A program made the translations under genes and the position numbers. Below are positions 56,532-64,000 of a stretch of 64,000 nucleotides of DNA, one piece after another. The DNA lies in assembly GCA_034430795.1 (NCBI GenBank), contig DAOUDJ010000209.1, positions 3,762 to 67,761 of the forward strand. The letters are read 5' to 3'. Position 1 is the first letter of the stretch, and each line of letters begins with the position of its first letter. Below the pieces are notes generated by a model that had not been told where the DNA came from, did no database searches, and saw nothing but the letters and a program-made list of their open reading frames with translations. The stretch is from Anaerolineales bacterium (GTDB taxonomy: Bacteria; Chloroflexota; Anaerolineae; Anaerolineales; E44-bin32).

Positions 56532-59500
56532 TTAACCTTCGACTTTACGTAGAGCGATCCGTAACGATTCTCCGTCGAAATGATGCTCGGTCGTGATCAC
56601 GCCCTGCGGGTTTGCCCTCGACTGCATACTCTCAGCGATGACTTCTCCTTGAATATAGACGCGGTGCACATCGATGGCCTGAGCAAGCTTATCACTTGCA
56701 GTATATTGCACCTCGATGCCATCATCCACCTGAAGATTCGCCTGCCTGCGCAAGTCTTGCACGCGGCGCACAAACTCTCGCGCCAACCCTTCCAGGACCA
56801 ACTCTTCTGTCAGCTCTGTAACCAACGCCGCTACATAGGGTCCATCCGCAACAGCGGAAAAACCCTCGTGAGCTTCGATGCGTAGTTCCACTTCATCCGC
56901 CGTCAACTGGATGGCTTGATCTTCGATTTTTACCTCGATCGGTTTCCCTGCCAGCAGAGCAGACGCACTTTGAGATGGATCAAGCTTCCCAACAGCGTCA
57001 CGGATCGCGGGGAAGAGCGAACCATATTTCTGCCCTAACTGCTTTGGCAGCGCCTTGAGTTGGTACTCGACTGCTTCTGCAGCGGCGTCGAGCAAGCGTA
57101 CTTTTTTAACATTTAATTCATCTCGGATCAGCGCATCGAAACGATTGACAATAGCACGCTCCTCTGAACCTGAGACTGCGAAAACAACTTCGGATAGAGG
57201 TTGCCTCAGCTTCCTGTTAGCTTTGTTCCGCGCTGCATGCCCCATGGAGATGAGCATTTGAACGAATTTCATCTCCTTCAATAAATCCTCATCCACCTCA
57301 GCTGGATCCACCTCCGGCCAAGGGCGATGGTGGACACTCTCAAGCGCGTCATCATCGATGCTCCGTACGAGGTTTTGGTACATCGTCTCCACAACAAAGG
57401 GCGTGAAAGGAGCTAGAACGTGGGTCAAGGTCAGCAGCGCTTGATAGAGCGCAGTATAGGCTGCATGTTTATCCGCATCCGAGGCTTCATCCACACCGGT
57501 TTTCGCCCAGAACCGGCGCCTACTCCGACGGAGGTACCAGTTGCTCAAGTCATCCAGGAAATTCCCGATCACTTTAGCAGCGCGGTCGGGCTCGAAGGTT
57601 TCAAGAGCATGTGTCACCTGATCGATTGTCTGAAGCGAACGTGAGAGAATCCAACGGTCCATAACACTGAACCGGACATCACCACGGTCGGCCGGTGTCC
57701 ACCCATCGAGATTGGCATAGGTAACGAAGAAGGCATACACATTCCACAGTGGTATCAGGAACTGTCGCCGGGCTTCGGTCGCGGTCTCAAATCCAAAAAG
57801 CAAGTCCTTCTCAGGCCTGTGGTTGCAATAGACCCACCGCATGACATCTACACCCATTGCGTCGGCGGCTTTGTTAAACTCGATCATATTGCCCGAAGAT
57901 TTATGCATCGGTTGCCTATCTTCGGCGAGCAAAGTCGCATAAGTAAACACGTGTTTGAATGGCGACTTCCGCTCGAGAATCGTGCTCAAAGCCAGGAGGC
58001 TATAGAACCAGTTTCGGAACTGTCCCGGGAATGATTCGCTGATTAGATCGGCAGGATACCACTCCGACCAATACTCCTTATCGGTGTTGTAGCGGAGCGT
58101 ACTCATCGCCACAACCCCCGCATCCAACCAGGGATTGCCAACATCCGGGATGCGTTCGATAACCGCGCCACATTCACTGCATTCAATCTTCACAGCATCG
58201 ATGTACGGTCGGTGTGGCGTGTGACCCTCAAAAACGTCCCAGCCCTCAACCGCTCTCGCTTCGAGTTCCTCGCGACTTCCAATCACTTCGAAATGCCCGC
58301 AGGATTCGCACTCCCAGATTGGCAGTGCCAGCCCGTAATAGCGCTTCTTCGAGAGCATCCAGTTATGCATATTCCGCAGCCAATCGAGCTCACGCTCCAG
58401 TCCGAAGGAGGGATGCCAAGTTGTTTCTTCTTTCACGACCTCCATAATCTGATAACGCAGGTTGTTTAACTTCTCCTCTTCTGTGACCTGCTCGTAGGGT
58501 TTGTCTAGTTGTTCGCCCATGTTGATGAACCATTCATCCACAAGATGGAATACAAGCTCTTCCCCGCAACGCCAACAAACCGGGTAGCGATGGATATAAT
58601 CCTCGATATTGTAAGTCAAGCTCTTTTCAGTCAGATTTTCGAATATTGGCTGAGCAACTTTCTGGACATTCATCCCCGACAGCCAGCCAAACCCATCGAG
58701 GAAAAGACCGTCGTTGTCTAGCGGTGCAATAACCGGCAGGCCATGTTCCTTGCTCAACTGGAAATCCTCGGCACCACAGCCAGGCGCGATGTGTACGATT
58801 CCAGTCCCCTCGTCTTCGCCCACTTCTTCCCATAGGATCACGCGATGCGCTTCAGGACTTCCCTGTTCTTTTTGAACGGGCAGCTCATCAAAAGGACCAT
58901 CATAAGTCCAACCTTCCATTTCTTTGCCTTTAAGCTCCGCTTCAACTTCGTAGGAACCCTTCAATATATGCAATGTCCCCCTGCTCAGATAGAAAAACTC
59001 ATCCCCCTGACGGACCTTGACATAATCCAAGTCGGGACCAACGGCGGCAGCGACGTTGCTCGTGAGCGTCCATGGCGTGGTCGTCCAAATGAGCAAGCTC
59101 TCACGTTCTCGATCGCGGAGCGGAAAGCGCAACGTGATACTCGGGTGGGTGATTTCCTTGTACCCCTCGGTCACAATCTCATGCTGGCTTAAGCCCGTAC
59201 CACAACGCACACACCACGGCATAACATCACGCCCTTTGAAAATCCAGCCCCGATCGTAGCAGGACTTGAGCACGGCCCAGATGGTGTAGTTGTTGTCATC
59301 TGAAAAAGTGAAATATGATCCGCCTAGTTCCGGCATGCCTAAGCGGCCCACGATGGATTCAACGCTGCCCGTTACCGGTCCGTGCGGCCCTTCCACTGTG
59401 ATTTGCTGGGATGGATCCTCCGCCATCTTATCTCGCAGAGTCCGCAGCATGTCGGGATCGTTCCAATCCATCCAGAACCCCAGGCGGATGCTCTGCTCTG

Positions 59501-59894
59501 TCTGCACCGCGGAGTATTTCAAGACCTGTTGCTTGCACAAATTGACAAAGCGATCGAGGCCGAATTCTTCAATTTCACGCTTGCTGTTGAAACCCATCTC
59601 CCGCTCGACATTGACCTCAACCCATAAACCTTGGCAATCGAAACCGTTCTGGTATCGCGTTCGAAACCCCTGCATGGCTTTAAAGCGATGGAAGAGATCT
59701 TTATATGTCCGCCCCCAACCATGATGAACTCCCATAGGGTTATTGGCCGTAATCGGACCATCAATGAAGGACCAACGTGGACCGTTTGACCTGAGTGCGA
59801 CGAGTTTTTTGAAAGCCTGAATTTCATCCCAGAACTTTAAGACTTCTTTTTCAAGTGCGATGAAATCTACCTGGTTGTCGACGGATTTAAACAT
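56532..59894 (-). CDS. ileS: isoleucyl-tRNA synthetase (long, type-2-like form)
   Basis: 1120 aa. HIGH variant PMGVHHGWGR, KMSKS variant MHKSSGN, CP1 editing region, and Zn-ribbon-like CxxC pairs. Confidence 0.95.
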   Translation of the reverse strand: MFKSVDNQVDFIALEKEVLKFWDEIQAFKKLVALRSNGPRWSFIDGPITANNPMGVHHGWGRTYKDLFHRFKAMQGFRTRYQNGFDCQGLWVEVNVEREMGFNSKREIEEFGLDRFVNLCKQQVLKYSAVQTEQSIRLGFWMDWNDPDMLRTLRDKMAEDPSQQITVEGPHGPVTGSVESIVGRLGMPELGGSYFTFSDDNNYTIWAVLKSCYDRGWIFKGRDVMPWCVRCGTGLSQHEIVTEGYKEITHPSITLRFPLRDRERESLLIWTTTPWTLTSNVAAAVGPDLDYVKVRQGDEFFYLSRGTLHILKGSYEVEAELKGKEMEGWTYDGPFDELPVQKEQGSPEAHRVILWEEVGEDEGTGIVHIAPGCGAEDFQLSKEHGLPVIAPLDNDGLFLDGFGWLSGMNVQKVAQPIFENLTEKSLTYNIEDYIHRYPVCWRCGEELVFHLVDEWFINMGEQLDKPYEQVTEEEKLNNLRYQIMEVVKEETTWHPSFGLERELDWLRNMHNWMLSKKRYYGLALPIWECESCGHFEVIGSREELEARAVEGWDVFEGHTPHRPYIDAVKIECSECGAVIERIPDVGNPWLDAGVVAMSTLRYNTDKEYWSEWYPADLISESFPGQFRNWFYSLLALSTILERKSPFKHVFTYATLLAEDRQPMHKSSGNMIEFNKAADAMGVDVMRWVYCNHRPEKDLLFGFETATEARRQFLIPLWNVYAFFVTYANLDGWTPADRGDVRFSVMDRWILSRSLQTIDQVTHALETFEPDRAAKVIGNFLDDLSNWYLRRSRRRFWAKTGVDEASDADKHAAYTALYQALLTLTHVLAPFTPFVVETMYQNLVRSIDDDALESVHHRPWPEVDPAEVDEDLLKEMKFVQMLISMGHAARNKANRKLRQPLSEVVFAVSGSEERAIVNRFDALIRDELNVKKVRLLDAAAEAVEYQLKALPKQLGQKYGSLFPAIRDAVGKLDPSQSASALLAGKPIEVKIEDQAIQLTADEVELRIEAHEGFSAVADGPYVAALVTELTEELVLEGLAREFVRRVQDLRRQANLQVDDGIEVQYTASDKLAQAIDVHRVYIQGEVIAESMQSRANPQGVITTEHHFDGESLRIALRKVEG

Positions 59895-59902
59895 CTAACA
59901 CC

Positions 59903-60613
59903 TCACGGTTCAAGCTCAATGACCAAGCGTTTATTGATAGCGCCCTTGCTCTTGTAGTCCACGATGCGGATCTGACCTACTTCCTCAGTGTTGGCAACGT
60001 GGGTCCCGCCGTCGGCTTGGAGATCAAGTCCTTCGATTTCCACCACTCGAACTTCTTGAATCCCAGGAGGCAGGAGATTGATTTTCGTTCGGATCAGGTC
60101 AGGGATCTGGAAGGCTTCATCGCGCGGCAAGATTGCAGTCTTAATGGATCGAGCCGCACTGACCTCTACATTGATTTTCTTTTCGATCTCGACGACGAGT
60201 TCCTTATGCATGGATTCAAACTCAAAATCCATTCGTCCACGTAAGGGTTGCATATTTCCGCCGGTTACGCTTGCACCATAATCTCGCCATATCACCCCGC
60301 ATAGGATGTGCATCGCGGTGTGGACGCGCATCAGCTGGTAGCGTCGCTCCCAATCCACTTCACCCTCCACTTCCGCGCCGGCTTCGGGTGGGTCTCCATC
60401 AATTTCATGCCAGAGCTCACCATCGACCTTCCGAACTCGTTTCACGGACAGGGTTTGGTCCCCCAATTGAAATACACCGAAATCGCAGGGCTGTCCCCCT
60501 CCGCCGGGGTAGAAAGCGGTCCGGTCCAGGGAAATTCCGTGCTCCGAGACACCCATCACCTTTGCAGTGAAGGTCTTCAAGAACGAGTCTTCATGGAACA
60601 GCAATTCCGTCAT
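59903..60613 (-). CDS. alaX: AlaX-M-type alanyl-tRNA editing protein (AlaRS second-additional-domain homolog)
   Basis: 236 aa. Contains FYPGGGGQPCD, the HxxxH motif (VHTAMHILCG) and GGTHV. Its stop lies 8 nt before the ileS start. Confidence 0.85.
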   Translation of the reverse strand: MTELLFHEDSFLKTFTAKVMGVSEHGISLDRTAFYPGGGGQPCDFGVFQLGDQTLSVKRVRKVDGELWHEIDGDPPEAGAEVEGEVDWERRYQLMRVHTAMHILCGVIWRDYGASVTGGNMQPLRGRMDFEFESMHKELVVEIEKKINVEVSAARSIKTAILPRDEAFQIPDLIRTKINLLPPGIQEVRVVEIEGLDLQADGGTHVANTEEVGQIRIVDYKSKGAINKRLVIELEP

Positions 60614-60683
60614 CGTTCATTCCTCTCTTTCCAGGGGTAGAAAGTGACACTTCATTAACCCCATTCAACCCCGTATAAATATT

Positions 60684-60982
60684 AAAAGCTCCCGTCCCAA
60701 ACAGGGACGAGAGCACATTACTCCCGTGGTACCACCCTGATTCCCATCAACAGCGGGCTCTCAGTCAGGTACGACCAACAAAATCAGTGGCTTATACCTG
60801 CGCCTTGGGTAACGGCAGGCGATCCCGGCTTCCTTACTTGCGATGTACTGCGTTCGGGTTGCAGCTCCGGAGGGATTTTCCGACTGTTATCCTGACCCGG
60901 CTCTCACCGTCCCCGGGCTCGCTGACAGGCAGACTCAGACGTACTCGTCTCCATCAAAGCTTTTTTCTTCTATTGAATTTAT
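60684..60982 (-). promoter_or_regulatory. T-box riboswitch leader (probable Ile specifier) controlling alaX-ileS
   Basis: Read on the minus strand. K-turn AGC-UUU-GA-UGGAG pairs with CUCCG-GA-GCU. Specifier loop is ACGAGUA / GAAAAUCC. AG bulge is AGCGA. Distal loop is GGACGGUGAGAG. An F-box-like CCGUUA is present. The T-box sequence AAUCAGGGUGGUACCACGGGAG lies at 60742..60721. The terminator CUCUCGUCCC-UGUU-GGGACGGGAG followed by CUUUU lies at 60713..60684. Confidence 0.88.
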
Positions 60983-60988
60983 GTACGC

Positions 60989-61017
60989 ATTATGCCATAC
61001 GCGCAAACACGGGTCAA
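60989..61017 (-). promoter_or_regulatory. sigma-70 promoter of the T-box/alaX-ileS transcript
   Basis: Minus strand reads TTGACC-(17 nt)-CATAAT. The predicted TSS is near 60982, about 20 nt before the Stem I K-turn. Confidence 0.55.
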
Positions 61018-61367
61018 TGACTCTGCGCTTGCACCGTCTCAAACCGATTCTGATGGACCAGGCATATGATTGAGAACGAGTCGACTAATACCACGGATCT
61101 CATTTGCTATACCATTAGAACCGGAGCGCCAATGTTGATATTCTTCGAGTAACGTTTCAACCCCGGCAAGGAGCGCCTGGTATTCGGATTCATAATTCTT
61201 TCCCATCAAGGATAATAATCGCGCTGGCGAATTAGCCTTCCGCTCCCTTTTTAATAGTCGGAAGGATCCTTGGACAGATTCGGGATAGCTGCAGCTGTTC
61301 CCGTAAAACTTAAGAGATATCCCCTCACCACGAGACTCTTATAGGCACTTCGTTTGTGAGGGTAATT

Positions 61368-62210
61368 TTATTTATTTACTCGGTCTGGATACCAATACTC
61401 AAAAAGAACGCTCAGATTGCGTTGATGAAGCTGCTCGGCCAAGCCGCCGAGTATTATGCGGCTCTTCCCACAAGATTCGATGTCGATCTGGGAAAGGTAG
61501 GCTTTGTAATCTTTCCGTCGGCTCGCCTGCCTGACATGACGCCGGATTACATTCATGTAGGTGAGATTGTCCTCCACTTTAGATGTGACCTCCCCCCGTA
61601 GAAAGGTCTCTCCATGTCCTTGGACAATATTTTCCAGCTTCATCTTTGGGAGACGTTTCATGCTCTCGACCATCGTGTCGAAATCGCCGTCGACGATATA
61701 CGGCAGCGGCATGAGTATGTCACCCGAAAAAAGAACCCGATCCTCCACCAGGAGCACGCCAATACCATCTGGGCTGTGGCCTGGGAGGTGTATCAGCTGG
61801 ATAGACCGCTTTCCAATCTGAAGACTCAAAGCTCCTTTTTCGAAGACCACATTCGGGAGAACGATCTTCAGATTCCGTAATTCTCGATTGGTTCGCTTTG
61901 CTGCCGCCAGGGTACGTTTGCCTTTTGTCTCAAGAAGAGTACGGCAGAGGGAGTGGCTGAGAATCGTTGCGTTTGGAAACCAGCAATTGCCCAATGTATG
62001 GTCGGAGTGATAGTGAGTGTTGATGATATAGCGGACTGGTTTGGATAATCGCCCTTCAAGAAAGTCGCGAATTTCTTTGGTTTCTGCAGGGTAAGCGAGC
62101 GTATCAATGAGAATGGACCAATCTTGGCCAACAATGGCCCCTGCATTCACCTGCGCATAAAGTTGGCTGGTGAATACGTATACATCCTCGGCTACCCGCT
62201 CTCTAATCAT
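61368..62210 (-). CDS. MBL-fold metallo-hydrolase
   Basis: 280 aa. HxHxDH motif (INTHYHSDHTLGN), plus later His and Asp ligands (HLPGHSPDG, FSGD, QGHG). Confidence 0.85.
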   Translation of the reverse strand: MIRERVAEDVYVFTSQLYAQVNAGAIVGQDWSILIDTLAYPAETKEIRDFLEGRLSKPVRYIINTHYHSDHTLGNCWFPNATILSHSLCRTLLETKGKRTLAAAKRTNRELRNLKIVLPNVVFEKGALSLQIGKRSIQLIHLPGHSPDGIGVLLVEDRVLFSGDILMPLPYIVDGDFDTMVESMKRLPKMKLENIVQGHGETFLRGEVTSKVEDNLTYMNVIRRHVRQASRRKDYKAYLSQIDIESCGKSRIILGGLAEQLHQRNLSVLFEYWYPDRVNK

Positions 62211-62350
62211 ACGTCCTCCTGTGTGACTGCAGTCAGGAAGGATAGCATACGGGGCAAATCGATGTCAAGCTAGCTTAACATAAATGATGTTTTGAACCAT
62301 AATTAGAGGAAATTGGTGATCCGACAATCTGTGTTAGCCCGGATGTGGGG

Positions 62351-64000
62351 TTATGTTGAGCCAGTTGTGGGTGTAGGGAAAGGTGTACTTGTTGGGACAG
62401 GGGTGGGTGTTCGCCAGCGCCACCACCATGGAGTCGGCGTTGGCCGCGGTGTCCGCGTAGGCGTCGGGGTCGGTGTTTGGAAGGGGGTTGGCGTGATGAT
62501 GGCTGTGTCGGGGTATAACTCGAGCATCGCTTCCTTCCAATTTCGTTGATCTCGAAACACAAATTCATTGAACCTCGCTCCATGATAGTAGGTTCGCCAA
62601 TTTGTCAGTGCTGGGACGCGCTCGAAGCCGTAATCCGCCGCCAGTTGTGTAAAATCAACATAGAATCCCGCAGGAATATTCCCTTTTATGCTCCCTCCTT
62701 GGTCATAGAATTGAGGGTCCCCGTCATAACGAATCTGGAAATCCCAACTGGGCGTCCGCAGCGGCTCACCTTGAGAACCATCCTGCTCTGCAGTACGAAC
62801 ATAGACTCTCCAGTAGGTCTGAGCCCCAAAATCCTCCCGTACCATCTCGATCCATCCGGCTTGAACCGCGGCTTGGCTGAAAGCGAAAGCCCGTCCAGTG
62901 AAAAGCCAATCATCATGAGACAAGCCAGGTGGAAGCGGATCGTTTATTCCCACGAACGCATGCTCTAACGTGGAAAGAAAATCCCACCCAAGATCGATTG
63001 TTACCCGCGCACGCAGAGCGTTGAAGGCCTCATCGACTGCGTCAGAGAGAGATGCATTAGGCGCGGTCACCCCCGGAAGCAGAGCGAGCGATAGACGGCC
63101 GAAAGTTGCATCCTGAGAAGTTAGTTCGATCACGTATAGCGGGAGTGTCGCCGTTTCATCTTCACCAAATGGATACGCCGCCGCAGGCAGACCCTCCGCC
63201 GTCCAAAAAAGATCCTCGATAGAAAGATGGATTGGGAGTCCCGGCGGATGCCCTCCATTATAGGAATAGGTGACCAGCCGCCGTTCAAAGGGATCCGCAA
63301 GAATGGCAATCAGCGCCTTTCCATCGGGTGACCAGCGCACACTGTGTCCTTGACCATTGGGAGATGATGGAAGATCGCTTTCAATTTCTTTGACCAAGAT
63401 CTCCTCAAAACCCCTTCTATTGATCGAGTAGGCCAACAGGCTCCCATCGGGACTAAAAGCAGGATCGCTCTCACCTAACTCGATGGTTTGAGTTAGATTA
63501 ATGAAGCGCTCGTCCGGTTGATCCAATTTCGCGACGAACACATCCGGCGAGCCATCACGATCGGAAATGAAGGCGATGCGTCGGCCGCCCGGATCCCAAT
63601 CCGGAGAATTATCGTTCGCAGGATGATTTGTTAACTGGATCACATCTTCATCATCCATTACCGGCAAGATGTAAATGTCAAAATCACCATCGTAATTCGC
63701 TTCGTAGGCGATCCATCGACCATCCGGTGACCAGGTTGGATTGCCTTCGAACCCCGGGGTTTCAGTCAACTGCCGTAGATTCCCGGAGTTGAGATCCAGC
63801 AAATAGAGATCCCAGTAGAGTCCGCGGTTTGATGTGAAAGCAAGCATCCCCTCATCCGCATTGAACGCTGGATTCCGATCGTCCCATTCCCCAAATGTGA
63901 TCTGGATTGGTTCAGCATCTCCAATTACGTATGCCCAAATACTGCTGCGCGCCTGGGTTCGGGCTGAGAAAAAGATCGTGCCCTTTGAGGCAATTTGCGT
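62351..64000 (-). CDS. TolB-like beta-propeller protein with uncharacterised C-domain and Pro/Thr-rich tail (5' end outside window)
   Basis: The frame stays open upstream of the track's Met (63847) to the window edge (...PAFNADEGMLAFTSNRG). It carries repeated propeller motifs (PTWSPDGRWIAYE, PDWDPGGRRIAFISDRDG, PAFSPDGSLLAYS, VRWSPDGKALIA). The C-terminal tail reads TPTPFQTPTPTPTRTPRPTPTPWWWRWRTPTPVPTSTPFPTPTTGST. Confidence 0.75.
   Translation of the reverse strand, partial: TQIASKGTIFFSARTQARSSIWAYVIGDAEPIQITFGEWDDRNPAFNADEGMLAFTSNRGLYWDLYLLDLNSGNLRQLTETPGFEGNPTWSPDGRWIAYEANYDGDFDIYILPVMDDEDVIQLTNHPANDNSPDWDPGGRRIAFISDRDGSPDVFVAKLDQPDERFINLTQTIELGESDPAFSPDGSLLAYSINRRGFEEILVKEIESDLPSSPNGQGHSVRWSPDGKALIAILADPFERRLVTYSYNGGHPPGLPIHLSIEDLFWTAEGLPAAAYPFGEDETATLPLYVIELTSQDATFGRLSLALLPGVTAPNASLSDAVDEAFNALRARVTIDLGWDFLSTLEHAFVGINDPLPPGLSHDDWLFTGRAFAFSQAAVQAGWIEMVREDFGAQTYWRVYVRTAEQDGSQGEPLRTPSWDFQIRYDGDPQFYDQGGSIKGNIPAGFYVDFTQLAADYGFERVPALTNWRTYYHGARFNEFVFRDQRNWKEAMLELYPDTAIITPTPFQTPTPTPTRTPRPTPTPWWWRWRTPTPVPTSTPFPTPTTGST

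Noticed and set aside
60787-61073. Two ~76-aa plus-strand ORFs upstream of alaX
   Set aside because: They lie antisense to the T-box leader and its promoter. The region is fully explained by the riboswitch.
61039-61206. 55-aa minus-strand ORF (MGKNYESEYQALLAGVETLLEEYQHWRSGSNGIANEIRGISRLVLNHMPGPSESV) between the MBL hydrolase gene and the T-box promoter
   Set aside because: The composition is plausible, but there is no SD, no recognisable family, and nothing I can check here. It is not reported as a feature. It might deserve a conservation check.
62313-62549. Gly/Val-rich plus-strand ORF and a His/Pro-rich minus-strand ORF at the 3' end of the TolB-like gene
   Set aside because: These are alternative-frame or antisense readings of the Pro/Thr-repeat DNA (ACN/CCN runs) and are artefacts.
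1-64000. Search for defence islands, prophage, integrases, transposases, toxin-antitoxin pairs and rRNA
   Set aside because: I found none. Every long ORF is accounted for by housekeeping, transport or envelope functions. The only mobile-looking sequences are the short non-autonomous repeats.

Overview
This is a dense, mostly housekeeping bacterial chromosomal segment. I can support about 60 protein genes, one tRNA-Leu(UAG), one canonical T-box riboswitch, several promoters and terminators, and a family of non-coding repeats. I saw no rRNA, CRISPR array, transposase, integrase or phage genes.

Lineage is inference only. The Firmicute/Actinobacteria-like gene orders, a lipoprotein solute-binding protein with a Pro/Glu linker, and acidic tails on S16 and trigger factor suggest a monoderm-type phylum such as Chloroflexota.

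Gene order, left to right:
- sufD'(partial)-sufB-sufC on the minus strand, divergent from a sufR-like gene plus DUF59
- a 0.9-kb gap filled with repeats
- ECF sigma / anti-sigma pair
- exonuclease-DinG, then efp
- a Cys-rich ORF coupled to a HAD::DinB fusion
- tRNA-Leu, then tig-clpP-clpX
- DUF1028, a NagD-like phosphatase, rlmN, rpe, rpmB
- asp23, DAK2 (FakA-like), degV, degV, recG, coaD
- pyrG, Roadblock/LC7, fabH
- a roughly 9-kb minus-strand operon mixing a Liv-type ABC importer with two acyl-CoA synthetases
- rimM, KH-domain gene, rpsP, ffh
- a SEDS::class-B-PBP fusion preceded by MTA phosphorylase and three FHA-domain genes
- archease-rtcB, then tyrS
- membrane proteins and ltaE
- rluD-lspA-ileS-alaX behind a T-box
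- an MBL hydrolase and a TolB-like propeller protein cut by the right edge

Most interesting observations:
1. An actinobacterial-style fhaA-fhaB-rodA-pbpA cluster with no kinase or phosphatase. RodA and PbpA are fused, and the transpeptidase domain has lost all three catalytic motifs.
2. A T-box leader whose first regulated gene is the AlaX editing protein, followed by ileS.
3. A triplicated ~233-bp non-coding unit bounded by 35-bp direct repeats that belong to a dispersed repeat family.
4. A perfect terminator hairpin inside the pyrG leader.
5. The ABC importer / acyl-CoA synthetase operon.
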